Below are positions 51,565 through 64,000 of a stretch of DNA of 64,000 nt, one piece after another. Made by a program: the position numbers and the translations under genes. Under the pieces are notes generated by a model, which searched no databases, had not been told where the DNA came from, and was given only the letters and a program-made list of their open reading frames with translations. Location of the stretch: the NCBI RefSeq assembly GCF_006345805.1, contig NC_043000.1:138570001-138634000 (forward strand), read 5' to 3'. The DNA is from Octopus sinensis (lineage: Eukaryota). Within the stretch, counting starts at the first letter, position 1, and each line of letters begins with the position of its first letter.

Positions 51565-53022
51565 TAAAGAAACTGAATGGTTATTACTGGATCACAGACC
51601 TTGGATCACAGACCTCGGATCACAGACCAGCACAATGAGGTTTGATCTAGGGTTTAAAAACAACATCTTGATTTCAAATTCACTGGCAAACAGTATATCA
51701 ATTCATTAATTATTGATCACAGCTGCTTCATTTTTGCCTAATCATCAGAAATTTTCGCATTTCAACCACAATTGTCCAGGATCTTTTGTTTATAATTACC
51801 TATTATCTAATCTTGATTATTGCTGTAATTAGTGTTTTCATCTTTACCACCAATTTAGCAACTTGTTCCACTTAATCTGCTAAACTGTTTTGTTCACAAT
51901 CCAAGGCTTCCATATTTTCTAGTAAACATGTTATTTTTCATGTGGCTGCATTTATTCTCGATTCATTATTTAGATAGAAAAGCTGAGATATTATAGAAGT
52001 GCTGGGATATTCAATGAATGTTTGGGTTTTGGAAAACTATTTCAATTTCGTTTGCAGCCTTGAAATTCGTAATTAAAGCAACAAATTCTTCTCTTCTCTT
52101 TAAGTACAGTTTATAATTGGTTTGATTCATCAAGTGATATTATTGCATATCTTAGAATTTGATTATTTCTCTGCTTTATTAGAACAAATTTAGGAAATAT
52201 AGAAACTGTTTAATAGATATTAAACTAATTATTTCTAAGGCAAGAGAAAACTCCACCACCTCCTCCTTCACCTCTTCCTTCTATTCAGCATTAACATTAT
52301 CACAACCTCCATTGGCACCACCACTGCTGCTACCACCATCAGCTCTGCCACAACTATCACCACCACTACCACCACCATCATCACTATTTTAAGGCTGTTT
52401 TGGTTTATGGCATGGGTTGGATAGACCATTATAGACCATTATAATCTGAGTTAGATGTTATTTGGAATTACTTCAGTTATGCTATGGTTTCTTTGGCTGT
52501 ATAACTTTACACTCACCCACCACTTTACAGAGTTTACTGAGGTATTTCAATATGACACTGTCACAAGACAGATTGTCTTGTTCCTTGCGAGACTAAAAAG
52601 TTGTCTCTACTAAACCTCCAGTCATTCACTGGTACTAGAGAGGTTGTTTCTCCATGGCTAAGACTAAATGTATTTCTTCTTTCTGACAGTGTTTCTCTTT
52701 TACCCTTTGTTTCTCTTCCATGCAACAGGGAATCAAGAGAGCCAGGGCAAGAGGGTGATAGAAGAAAGATTGACAGTGGGAAGAGAGACGAGAGAGAGAG
52801 AGAGAGAGTGAGAATCTATTGATATTGTAGAATGGTTGAGAGAGTAATAGAAGAGTGATGGGAGAGAGCCAGAACAAGAAGCTGATTGAAGAGAGAGTAA
52901 TAAAGAACACCAGAGTAATAGGACCAAGTCTGGGATAGAAAGAGAGTAATTAAGGAGAGAGATAGTGATATCTAACCACATATCAACTTCAAATACAGTG
53001 TACCTGGAATTACATTATCCAA

Positions 53023-53401
53023 TACTCTCTTTTACTCTTTTACTTGTTTCAGTCATTTGACTGCGGCCATGCTGGAGCACCGCCTTTAATCGAGCAACTC
53101 GACCCCGGGACTTATTCTTTTGTAAGCCAAGTACTTATTCAATCGGTCTCTTTTGCCAAACTGCTAAGTAACGGGGACATAAACACACCAGCATCGGTTG
53201 TCAAGCAATGCTAGGGGGACAAACACAGACACACAAACACATATATATATATATATATACATATATACGACAGGCTTCTTTCAGTTTCCGTCTACCAAAT
53301 CCACTCACAAGGCTTTGGTCGGCCCGAGGTGCCACGCAGTGGGACTGAACCCGGAACCATGAGGTTGGTAAACAAGCTACTTACCACACAGCCACTCCTG
53401 C
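53023..53401 (-). mobile_element. SINE A
   Basis: Family A with a short internal deletion; TATCCAAT on both sides. Confidence 0.9.
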
Positions 53402-53699
53402 TATCCAATGTATCCCTTTTTTTAAAAAGTAGAGTGTATTTTGAAGAATTTTAATTGTATGTTTTTAGTGTTATTTAGCTTGGAAGAGCAGAAGCACGAT
53501 GTTTGTCCAGGACTCCCAAGATTGATGGCAGAATGAAGATGGGGCAAAGGGCAAGAAAAGTAGTTATTTTCAGGTCAAAGACCTGGTTTGAATGCTTGCA
53601 AAAGGGTGGACCCCACCATCCAAATGCTAATTATGCCTAGCAATTAAGAACTGCTCTAGAGAGGTATTTATTCTGGTAGGATGGAAGCAATGATGAAAG

Positions 53700-54258
53700 A
53701 CCGAGATCTCCGGAGATATGCTGTGACTGCAAAGACCTGACAAATAACGTGAGTTCATGGCTGTTTCCTGTACCAGTTTTGCATAGTAGCCCCAGCCCAT
53801 CCAAAGTACCTTTGATTGCAGAACGACCTGCTGTGCTTACCTTGGATTGTAAGGTGACCTGCTGTGCTTGAGGAGACCTATTGAGTCAAATACATCAACA
53901 TCAAAATAAATATCAAATAGAAATTGTAGTTGTGATACCTGTGCCAGTGGAACGTAAAAAGCACCATCTGAATGTGGCCGATGCCAGCGCCGCCTTGACT
54001 GGCTTCCATGCCAGTGGCATGTAAAAAGCACCAACCAATCATGGCTGCTGCCAGCTTCCCCTAGCACCTGTGCCGGTGGCATGTAAGAAGCACCCACTAC
54101 ACTCACGGAGTGATTGGCGTTAGGAAGGGCATCTAGCTGTAGAAACACTGCCAGATCAGACTGGAGCCTGGTGCAGCCTCCTGGCTTCCCAGACCCTGGT
54201 CGAACCGTCCAACCTGTGCTAGCACAGAAAACGGACGTTAAACAATGATGATGATGAT
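53700..54258 (+). mobile_element. RTE 3'UTR fragment (diverged subfamily)
   Basis: Three GTGCC.GTGG..CGTAAAAAGCAC-type units followed by the standard tail. Confidence 0.8.
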
Positions 54259-56171
54259 ATTGTATCCTTCAAAACAGTTGAGGTTTACAGGACATTTTTA
54301 TGGAGGTATACATCTGCATTTTTTGTTTGTTTGTTAGAATGATTTATAGAACTAATTCTCCTGTTTCTGTATCTTCCATAGGGACCTCTTAGACTTGATG
54401 AGGAGTTTAACTTTGTTGGGTAGCTGCAAATGAAATTCATTCTTAACTTCTGTAAATAGGGAGAAAAACTGAAAAAGTTTTAGATTCATACAGTTCTAAG
54501 GAAAAACAATTGGGAAATTGGTTAAGTATGAGGTGCAGAGGTCGAATCCAGTGAAAGTAATGAGAAGAGAGATAATACATAGTTGAACATCTTCATGAGA
54601 AGAGAAGTTTTTATAGTTGCTGTACAATTCATAAAGGAAGCATAATTCACATTGATGTGTATATATTTCCATGCACGAGTGTGTACTTACACTGAGTGAT
54701 ATAGCCCTATTTTTAAAAGCTAATCACATAGGAAGCTAAATTTGCGAAAAGTAGTCAATTTTTATTTATGGAGATTTATCACATCCCAGTGCAAATGTCT
54801 ATAAAAAAAAAAAGTTTAATTTTCCTTGCTCCTTCTATACTAATATAAGTGATCATACATTTCAAATAGGAAAAAGAAGAAGAAAAAAAAAAGAAGTGAA
54901 AGAAAATCATCAACAAAATGCAATTGAACTCTTCTCAGATTGTTTGAACGATTTGCATTGATTGATTGAGTAATTTACTAAAATGTTATTGCTTTCACTC
55001 AGCTTTAATAACGGTCATCCATTTTCCTAGTTTTCATTGCTATCAGCAGTTGTTGGTGTCAGTAACAGTTTTATAGTGTGCACTCTTTGAAATTGGTGAC
55101 AATTACTTCATCTCCCCATGTCATCTCCAACATAAAACCTCTTCCCACTTAAACCAAACTTGACTTGATTGATAAAGTTGTATTATTATTGTTGTTGGCT
55201 TTGTTGCCGTTGTTGGCCTCACTTCTGTTTTAATGCCATTTTCATTATTTATTTTTACTTACAGTTTTAGCTTAGACATACATATATATTCATGTGTGTA
55301 TGTATATGTGTGTGAATGTATACAGGAACACACACACACACACACACACACACACGCGCACGCGCACACACAACAGACACATACCTTCTTATGTTTTTTG
55401 CTGTGTTACTTTTTCGATCCGCATGTCTTTTATTTTCTGGATTCTCTTCTCTCCAATGGACAGTAAGATTCTGCATGTTAGTTGGAAATAAATGGAATCA
55501 TTCCAATGATTGTTATTTGAAGAACTTGAATCACACCTCTATTGTTTTTTCTTTCTTTTTCATTTAGTTCTCAACAAGCTGTCTTTGCTGTCTTTTTTTT
55601 TTTTTGCACACAATTACATCCAAGCAGACACACAGACACTTCAATCCAATGACAGCAAGTAATATCATTCAAAAAGCTAGAAAAGCTAAGGCTCTGGAAT
55701 GCCTAAGAAATCTTCCTGCTCAAAAGAATAACTTTACTATGATCACTCACCATTGTCCTCACCTTAACTTCACTCACCATAATCCTAAATCTAATTAATT
55801 CGATCTCTTCTCCAAAATATTAATTCAATTGAATTTCCACTCCATATCCCACTAGATATCAGAGTTAATGGTTGACATTTCCAATTTTCATATTCTACTG
55901 TTCAAGTTTTAAATTCCATGAAAGCTAACTTAACTTTCTATTGTTTGAAGTGTTAAAAAGGTAAATACCAATGGTGCTCAATTCCACAGTGAATCAATGC
56001 TTGAAACAAGTCTGTTAGAGTTGTAGCACTTTCAGTATCATTAAACATGCCAGAGTTCAAGTAAAGTTTAGTGCTTGATCTAGTTTCTGTTCATAACGAT
56101 TTCCTTTCTTTTACATTGTAGCAATTCTAGGAGAAATACATGATCATTAAAAATGATAGCCATCTCACCAT

Positions 56172-56382
56172 CTCTTTTACTCTTTTACTCTTTTACTTGT
56201 TTCAGTCACTTGACTGCGGCCATGCTGGAGCACTGCCTTTAGTCAAGCAAATTGACCCCAGGACTTATTCTTTGTAAGTCTAGTACTTATTCTATTGGTC
56301 ACTTTTTTGCTGAACCACTAAGTTATGAGGACGTAAACATGCCACCATGAGTTGTCAAGTGATGTTGGGGGGACAAACAAAT

Positions 56383-56445
<63 letters not shown>

Positions 56446-56617
56446 CATATATATTATGGGCTTTTTTCAGTTTCTGTCTACCAAATCCACTCACAATGTT
56501 TTGGTCGGTCCGAGGCTAGAGTAGAAGACACTTGCCCAAGGTGCCACGCAGTGGGAACAAACCCAGAACCATATGGTTGGTAAGCAAGCTATTTACCACA
56601 CAGCCACTCCTGCGCCT
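56172..56617 (-). mobile_element. SINE A
   Basis: Full length on the reverse strand. Confidence 0.9.
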
Positions 56618-56659
56618 TTGATATTCATATCAAAACTGGTTGAAAATCTCTATGTTAGA

Positions 56660-57100
56660 AGTAGAAATAGAATGCCTAATTCTAGCTGCACAAGACCAAT
56701 AACTAGCCATATGTAACTACAAAAATAAAATAGTTCAGGCTCTTCAGTCTGTACAAGGAGATATTTGACCACATCTCCAGTTGCCCTGTTTTTGCCAAGT
56801 TTGACTAAACATAAAGACATGGTTGAATCAGCAACTATAACCACTGGGGGATATGTCAATATGAAAACAGACATGATATGATCAAAACCAGTAATGAACA
56901 CAATAAACAATAATGACCAAGTCACAATCACTTAAGAGATTACTATTCAAATTGACGTTGAGATCAGAGGAAACTATTCAGATATAATAATTAAGGACTA
57001 GAGCATTAACACATGCATGTTAATAGATATATTGGTCTTTTCTGAAAAATGAATTGCCTGAAATAAAGTGGGGATGAAATCTATGGTCTTACTGGAGTCT
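56660..57100 (+). mobile_element. Decayed R4/Dong-type RLE LINE remnant
   Basis: Manual translation: ECLILAAQDQ*LAICNY; DHISSCPVFA; QVTIT*EITIQIDVEIRGNYSDIIIKD*SINTCMLIDILV. Confidence 0.7.
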
Positions 57101-57197
57101 TCAAATGAAAATATACAAAATGTGGGGCACACAAACAAAAACAATGCCAATAACAGTAGAAGCTGTAGGTATGTTAAAATCAAAATATGAACAAGAA

Positions 57198-57373
57198 TAG
57201 GCGCAGGAGTGGCTGTGTGGTAAGTAGCTTGCTAACCAACCACATGGTTCCGGGTTCAGTCCCACTGCATGGTATCTTGGGTAAGTGTCTTCTGCTATAG
57301 GTTCGGGCCGACCAATGCCTTGTGAGTGGATTTGGTAGACGGAAACTGAAAGAAGCCTGTTGTATATATGTAC

Positions 57374-57407
<34 letters not shown>

Positions 57408-57630
57408 ATGTTTGTGTGTCTGTGTTTGTCCCCCCAACATCATTTGACAACCGATGCTGGTGTGTTTACATCCCCGTCACTTAGCGGTTCGGCAAAAGAG
57501 ACCGATAGAATAAGTACTGGGCTTACAAAGAATAAGTCCCGGGGTTGATTTGCTCGACTAAAAGGCGGTGCTCCAGCATGGCCGCAGTCAAATGACTGAA
57601 ACAAGTAAAAGAGTAAAAGAGTGAAAGAGT
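57198..57630 (+). mobile_element. SINE A
   Basis: Full length. Confidence 0.92.
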
Positions 57631-57667
57631 AAGAATATATAAACCATACTGGGTTCATAATACTGAT

Positions 57668-57865
57668 TTCAAATTTTGGCACAAGGCCAGCAATTTCGGG
57701 GAGAAAGTCAATTATGTCAACTCCAGTGCATGACTGGTACTTATTTTATTGATTCTGGAAGGATGAAGGGCAAAGTCGACCTCAGCGTAATTTTGACTCA
57801 AAACACGAAGACAGGCAAAATGCCACCAAGAATTTTGCTCAACATGCTAGTGATTCTGCCAGCTC
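57668..57865 (-). mobile_element. Old SINE family B
   Basis: GGATGAAGGGCAAAGTCGACCTC core. Confidence 0.7.
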
Positions 57866-58154
57866 ATAAAACACAATTCTAAAGATTGGATGACTCTGCA
57901 AGGTACAGCCTGCATGCTATGCAAGATACTTTAATTCATTAGTTTAATTAAAGTCTGTGTACACAAAACAGAATATATATATAATATCCACTTAATAAAA
58001 TAACACAACTCAGTAACTAATGTTGAAGATCAGCAAGAAAATAATGCAACAGACAAAGAAACTCACACGTAATGGATACCCACTAATAAAACTAATAACT
58101 CGAATAATATCTTACATATCTGCAAGCTGTTAATGCTACTCACACATCAGAAAC

Positions 58155-58309
58155 TGTGGCTGTGTGGTAAGTAGCTTGCTAACCAACCACATGGTTTTGG
58201 GTTAAGTCCCACTGCGTGACACCTTGGGCAAGTGTCTTCTACTTTAGCCTCAGGCCGACCAAAGCCTTGTGAGTGGATTTGGTAGACGGAAACTGAAAGA
58301 AGCCCATCG

Positions 58310-58341
<32 letters not shown>

Positions 58342-58571
58342 CGTGTGTGTGTTTGTGCGTCTGTGTTTGTCCCCCTAGCATTGCTTGACAACCGATGCTG
58401 GTGTGCTTATGTCCCCGTTACTTAGCGGTTCGGCAAAAGAGACCGATAGAATAAGTACTGGGCTTACAAAAAAATAAGTCCTGGGGTCGAGTTGCTCGAT
58501 TAAAGGCGGTGCTCCAGCATGGCCGCAGTCAAATGACTGAAACAAGTAAAAGAGTAAAAGAGTAAAAGAGT
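58155..58571 (+). mobile_element. SINE A with a 26-bp target site duplication
   Basis: AAGCTGTTAATG(C/T)TACTCACACATCA at 58124-58149 and 58572-58597. Confidence 0.92.
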
Positions 58572-58894
58572 AAGCTGTTAATGTTACTCACACATCATAG
58601 ACTCAACATAATCAGTGGCTAACACTGAAATATATAACACCACTTACACAGTCTATACAAAATATATTCATCTTCCAGCAAAATAACATATGATGTACCC
58701 AGTATACAACAGAAGAAACAATAAAAATGACACCACAAACAATTAGCCATTTCCTCAATAGGCACTGCATTGCACCTTGGGGAAGTGTCTGCTGCTATAG
58801 CCTCGGGCTGATTAGAAACAACAGGCCATGCCTCAAAAGAAGGTACAAATGATACTGCATACTCAACAAGGATCTACATCCCCAAGAGGCAATG

Positions 58895-59455
58895 CTTGTA
58901 CTTACTTGTACTTGTGGCGGCGTTCACCCAGTGCGGGTTGAGCTGGCTTCTTCTCTGGTCCTGATGGCATCATGAACCGTGGCTGCCCATGCTCGACGGT
59001 CCTGTGTGAGGTCACTGGAGATAGTGAACCATTCGCAGTTCCATCTGCGCAGACCGACCACCTGCGGACCTGAGAGTTCAGAGAGGTCCTCCTTTATCGT
59101 CGTTGCCCAGGTCTTCAGCTGCCCGCCCGTGCATTTGCGTCAGTTGGGAAGTGGAGGTGGGAGGAGGACATCGCGAATCAGCTCACCCTCTGGACACTGG
59201 GCCGCATGACTGAACCACCTTAAGCGCAGTCGTAGAAGCACCGAAGGGAGGGGCTGGAGATTCAGGCGATGACGAAGACCGGCTGTAGGAACCCGATTAA
59301 TGCGTCAGCAGTGAAGAATGCAGTGGAGACAGTCATTGTCGAAGACCTCCAGCCTTTCTCCTGATTGACTACCCTCATAGGCCATGTTTCACAACCATAG
59401 AAGAGGATAGTATGAATGATGGCCTAGTAGATTCGCCCTTTGGTCACCTAGGTCA
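58895..59455 (-). mobile_element. RTE-clade LINE 3' end (distinct GC-rich family) with (CAAGTA)-type tail
   Basis: Reverse translation TKGRIY*AIIHTILFYGCETWP..LEVFDNDCL..LRWFSHAAQ..GGQLKTWATTIKEDL..QDRRAWAATV. Confidence 0.85.
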
Positions 59456-59610
59456 AGAGGCAATGCTATAAACACCTCATAAATACAGAGTAGTGCCTGG
59501 TGATACAGCAACAAATCACACGAACCTGTTGTATAAATATATGAATAATAATAATGCTTTCTAATCTTAGTACAGGGCCAACAATAATTAAGGGAGGAGC
59601 AAGGTGATTA

Positions 59611-59910
59611 CATATCACGTGATCACGTGACCGACCAGACCATCAGATGTTGTTACACATCGCTGGTCACAATGCATTCGCATTGTTTTAGCCTTTGAAT
59701 GACACCACCCTGCTGGCTAAGCGAGCAGGCCAACAGAAGAAAGAGTCGTGAAAGAGTACTACAGGGATCACCACCCTCTGCCGGAGTCTCGTGTAGCTTT
59801 TTAGGTGTTTTCGCTCAATAAACACTCACAATGCCCGGTCTGGGAATCGAAACCGCGATCCTGCGACCGCGAGTCCGCTGCCCTAACCACTAGGCCATTG
59901 CGCCTCCACA
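59611..59910 (-). mobile_element. SINE, head C + tail T4
   Basis: Head C followed by a tail not seen elsewhere, ending in TCACGTGA repeats. Confidence 0.8.
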
Positions 59911-59931
59911 CATATACATATATATATATAT

Positions 59932-61516
59932 ACTAGCATTATGACCCGTCGTTGCCGGGTCAAAGTGCTAGTGCATGTATATGTGTGTATATATATGTGT
60001 ACATATTACATGTACATCTATATATATACATCTACACATAAAATACCAAATACAAAGTTATATCTTGATATCGCTAGTGATAACAATACTCAAAATATAT
60101 AACAGACTGGAATTGTAGGCCCGTCTATTGCAATTTCGATCAATTGTATCTTGTCCTCCTTCTTGTATAGAAGTGTGGTTACAATCCAACCTACCTCTAC
60201 TTCTGGGGAGACATTTTAAATTTTTATCCGGGTCGTCCTACGTCCCAGATATAAAGGTAAAAATAAAATATTTCCACTTTGCAAGGTTTGAGTTGAGTAC
60301 TCCCTTACACGCTCCATTGACTCGAACCTTGCTTCTATTGTGGCGAATTTACCGCCTCTGGTTAGATATCTTTCATAGTCGCACCAAGACACTTTTCGAT
60401 GGTGCTTTCCTCCAGGTGTTCAAATCTTTTTTTTCTCTACATTGTATACTCTATGGACAATAGTCTTTTCTTTAATTTTTTATTTCGTTTGGTGGTGTTA
60501 TCCTAGATTCACCGTCTTTGTTGGTGATCAATCCGAAATAGGCTTGTATTTCTTCCATTTTAATTTTAATGAGTTCGCACCCGCCGACAGCTGCAGCGAA
60601 ATTCCTTTTTGGACTTTCTTCTATCGAAAGCATTCTAACAAAAATGCTTCCGTATAAACGGTGAAAATATTGTCAATTTCCCCAAACAGGGACACAATTC
60701 AATTTTTAAACAATAACCAAAGCTCCTTCTCCCAAAGGGGGAGGGTTACAGTTTACAATTATTTAACAAATGCAACACAACAACGTTTCCCTTACGAGGA
60801 ACCAACAAATGTGATAACAATAGTTAAACAGTAATAATAATAACAACAAACCTTACGGTGAATCAAAAAGCAGTACGCAGTTGAAGCTCTAGTCCTTTAT
60901 GTATAAGAAATAAACCAACAGCAGTACTCAGTAGAAGTGGCTGTTCGAGAAAACAGGCATTACATACAGCCAAATTTCATATAGATACTTAATGCTAGCT
61001 AATTAGCAGATAATCTAATGTAAAAGCCGTGGTAAATGGTATGTGCACAGCTCCATCTGGACTATTCCATTTCTGCACACTAATTTTATTTTTAATTTAT
61101 TCCCATTCATGTGACACCACTTATTCAAGTTCAAGTCATTGATGCAATTTTATACCACTTGCTATTTTTACTTTTGTTATGTTACGATTATATTATACTT
61201 TAGTTTGATTTTAATTATTACTTACTACATATATTTCAATTGCTATTATTATCTCTAATTTTTATTGTTAAAGTGAAAGTATCTGACATAAAATAGAGAA
61301 ATGTTTTTGTTTCAATTTTAACATGTAATACTGAAATAGTGGAGAAGATATGATATTGCTATGGGCTCGCCCTAGGCAAGAAGTTGAACATTTCTTTTGC
61401 CCATGAAACTACATGGACCCTAAGTAAGACATGTGTAAAATTTGAATGAAATTGGTTGTGTAGTTCTCGAGTTTTACAGAAACACACAGACAGACAAACA
61501 GACACATTCTCAGTTT

Positions 61517-61525
<9 letters not shown>
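59932..61525 (+). mobile_element. Long HINE/Helentron-type element with an internal degenerate ORF on - (about 60115-60633)
   Basis: Terminal hairpin ACTAGCA-TTA-TGACCCG..CGGGTCA-AAG-TGCTAGT; (GACA)n plus TTTTATATATA at the other end. Confidence 0.6.
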
Positions 61526-61547
<22 letters not shown>

Positions 61548-61571
61548 ATATATATATAAATGTATGTATAT

Positions 61572-61727
61572 ATGACAGGCTTTTTTCAGTTTCCCTCTGT
61601 TAAATCCACTCACAAGGCTTTGGTCAGCTGAAGGCTATAGTAGAAGACACTTGCCCAAGGTGCCACACAGTGGGATTGAACCCAGAACTATGTGGTTGGA
61701 AAGCAAGCTTCTTACCACAGAGCCACA
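61572..61727 (-). mobile_element. SINE A 5' half
   Basis: Family A head on the reverse strand. Confidence 0.85.
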
Positions 61728-62209
61728 TTTTTCATTGTTTTTTTTTATCTCACTAATTTCAGTTGTTTAACTCTGGCTATGCTAGAACACAAATATGATA
61801 TCTTTATTAGGTGATCATATTTCAGGCTGGTGCATAATTTACTAGTCTATATTTTACTGATTTACAAAGATATTTTGAATCAACAACAGACTTGTATTAA
61901 CTGGTATTATTGAGTCAATCACATAAGCATTTACACAAAGTCGGATGAAGACATAAAATGTATGCATATATAAATATATATGATTGTTTTAGAATAATTT
62001 CCATCTACTAAATTCTACTTACAAGGTGTCAGTCAACCTGTGGCTATATAAAAAAAAAATTGCTAGATGTTCCTTGTCATTGGATTGAACTGAGATCACA
62101 TGGTTGTAATGCAAAATTAACTACAGAGACTCAACAGCACCTATATACACATGTGTCCGTATATGTGTGTGTGTGTGTATACATGCATACATGCATACAT
62201 ATATATATA

Positions 62210-62456
62210 AAAGCTCCAACCGATTGTGACCGATGCCGGACCCCCCCCTACATATATATTGTGCCGGTGGTACGTGAAAAGCACCCACTACACTCGCGGA
62301 GTGGTTGGCGTTAGGAAGGGCATCCAGCCGTAGAAACTCTGCCAGATCAGACTGGAGCCTGGAGCAGCCCCTGGCTTCCCAGACCCCGGTCGAACCGTCC
62401 AACCCGTGCTAGCATGGAAAACGGACATTAAACGATGATGATGATGATGATGATGA
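62210..62456 (+). mobile_element. RTE 3' tail fragment
   Basis: Standard tail and (GAT)n. Confidence 0.85.
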
Positions 62457-62481
62457 TATATATATATATATATATATGTAT

Positions 62482-63033
62482 GTGCCCAAAACCAGCAATT
62501 TTGTTTGTTAATGAACCCACTGAAATGAAAGTGCTTCATCAGACATCATCAATTTTTGCATAAAATTTGGCTTATTTTGTGCCAATACCTGGATTCTGAC
62601 TGTGTATTGGAAACTGTGTTCATAATCCTGGGACTTCAACTGTTGAACCGATTGTATCGCCTTTAGGTCAACATACCTGGATTCTGTTCAATGCTCTCTT
62701 GCACTCATTCCCTTGCCTCATTGGCACTGACAGTGTGAAGTCTCCCAGATCATGGGAGCTCACTTACAGCCCATTGTTTTTCAAAATGAAAAAATAAGTT
62801 CTTCCTTATGTTTTCACTTGATAGTGCCAATGATATGCTTGCTTTGTTTGAATAATTGACCCTTGATTTTGATAGAACAATTTCACCACTTGAGTGCATT
62901 GTGCGGTGCCATATTTTTCCATAATTAATTTTCAGAACCTAGTCCATAAAATGCCTGAAAAGAAAAGAAAAATGTCAAAAAATAAATGAATTATCAAAAA
63001 TTGCAACCACTCAGTGATTTTAGGGCCATCTTG
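62482..63033 (-). mobile_element. 5' half of a Tc1/mariner-superfamily element (rosa-like, tentative)
   Basis: Terminus TA|CAAGATGGCCCTAAAATCACT; N-terminal VVKLFYQNQGSIIQT; first-Asp motif MSDEA/HFHFSGFINKQNCWFWA across a frameshift. Confidence 0.75.
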
Positions 63034-63418
63034 TACATACATACATACATACATACATACATGCATACATACATACATACATACATGCATGCATACATAC
63101 ATACATGCATACATACATACATACATACATGCATACATACATACATACATACATGCATGCATGCATGCATGCATGCATGCATGCATACATACATACATAC
63201 ATACATGCATGCATGCATGCATACATACATACATACATACATACATACATACATACATACATACATACATACATACATGCATGCATACATACATACATAC
63301 ATACATACATGCATGCATACATACATACATACATACATACATGCATGCATGCTTGAATACATACATGCATACATACATACATACATACATACATACATAC
63401 ATACATACATACATACAT
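63034..63418. repeat. (CATA)n/(CATG)n tetranucleotide array
   Basis: Directly visible; source of the MYVC/HTYI ORFs. Confidence 0.97.
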
Positions 63419-64000
63419 TTGTATGTATATGTACTGTTAACATTAAATTGAGTAGCCTTCTGCAGTGGTTTGCATCTGACAAGCAATTCACACTAAACTC
63501 GGTATGATAATAACCAGAGAACATGGAAAATTATTCATACAAACTTCCTAGAACAGAAACCTTGCTTCTTTCAAGCAAAGATAAAGTACTTAATTTTATG
63601 AAGCGGTAAATTGAATTTCCTTGGAGAGATTGTGTTATGGTTGATGGGCACTATAATCTCCTAACAGTGATTAAAGTGATACTCGAGGCAAAACATTCTT
63701 CTACAGATTGGAAATACTAATATTGATTTTACTTCAATCTTTCATAGTTCAGATTGGAGAACTTATAATTTTTTTCCTGCTAAAGTTACATGCAATTGGT
63801 TCTAAGCTGAATTATCATTTTAAACCTTGAATGGACCGCTGGCAATTTAAAGTGTGCTTGCATGTGGTGCGAATAATTTGGGATACTTGAATTTCCCAGT
63901 GTACATGTAGATAGGCATTCATATGTAGTGAATACAATGCATAATGTATCTATAAATATATATGATTATATATAAAATTATAATTCAGGCTATCTAAGAG

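Noticed and set aside
51589-51628. 14-bp unit GGATCACAGACC(TT/TC) repeated three times, plus small duplications at about 7553 and 52422
   Set aside because: Ordinary slippage duplications with no sign of function
54381-54432. Acceptor followed by GPLRLDEEFNFVG*
   Set aside because: Short, weak donor, no recognisable homology; indistinguishable from chance

Overview
AT-rich, repeat-saturated animal genomic DNA, most likely a coleoid cephalopod (Octopus-like; inferred from the SINE/RTE families and dense (TA)n/(CA)n/(CAT)n microsatellites). I recognise no intact host protein-coding gene; almost all listed ORFs are artefacts of microsatellites or SINEs. The window holds over 20 copies of one tRNA-derived SINE (family A), about 9 copies of a Deu/Nin-domain SINE (family B), and SINEs in which two heads (C, D) are combined with several interchangeable tails. 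It also holds many 3' ends of an RTE LINE whose 3'UTR carries a variable 63-bp hairpin array, remnants of RTE-BovB-like, R4-like and trematode-like RTE LINEs, a decayed full-length mariner, other Tc1/mariner derivatives, Helentron-associated (HINE/DINE-1-like) elements, Penelope-like remnants, a probable solo LTR and a CpG-eroded U6 pseudogene. It is probably intronic or intergenic; a few micro-exon candidates are flagged with low confidence. Family labels A-D and T1-T4 are my own working names, and all assignments come from reading the sequence by eye.
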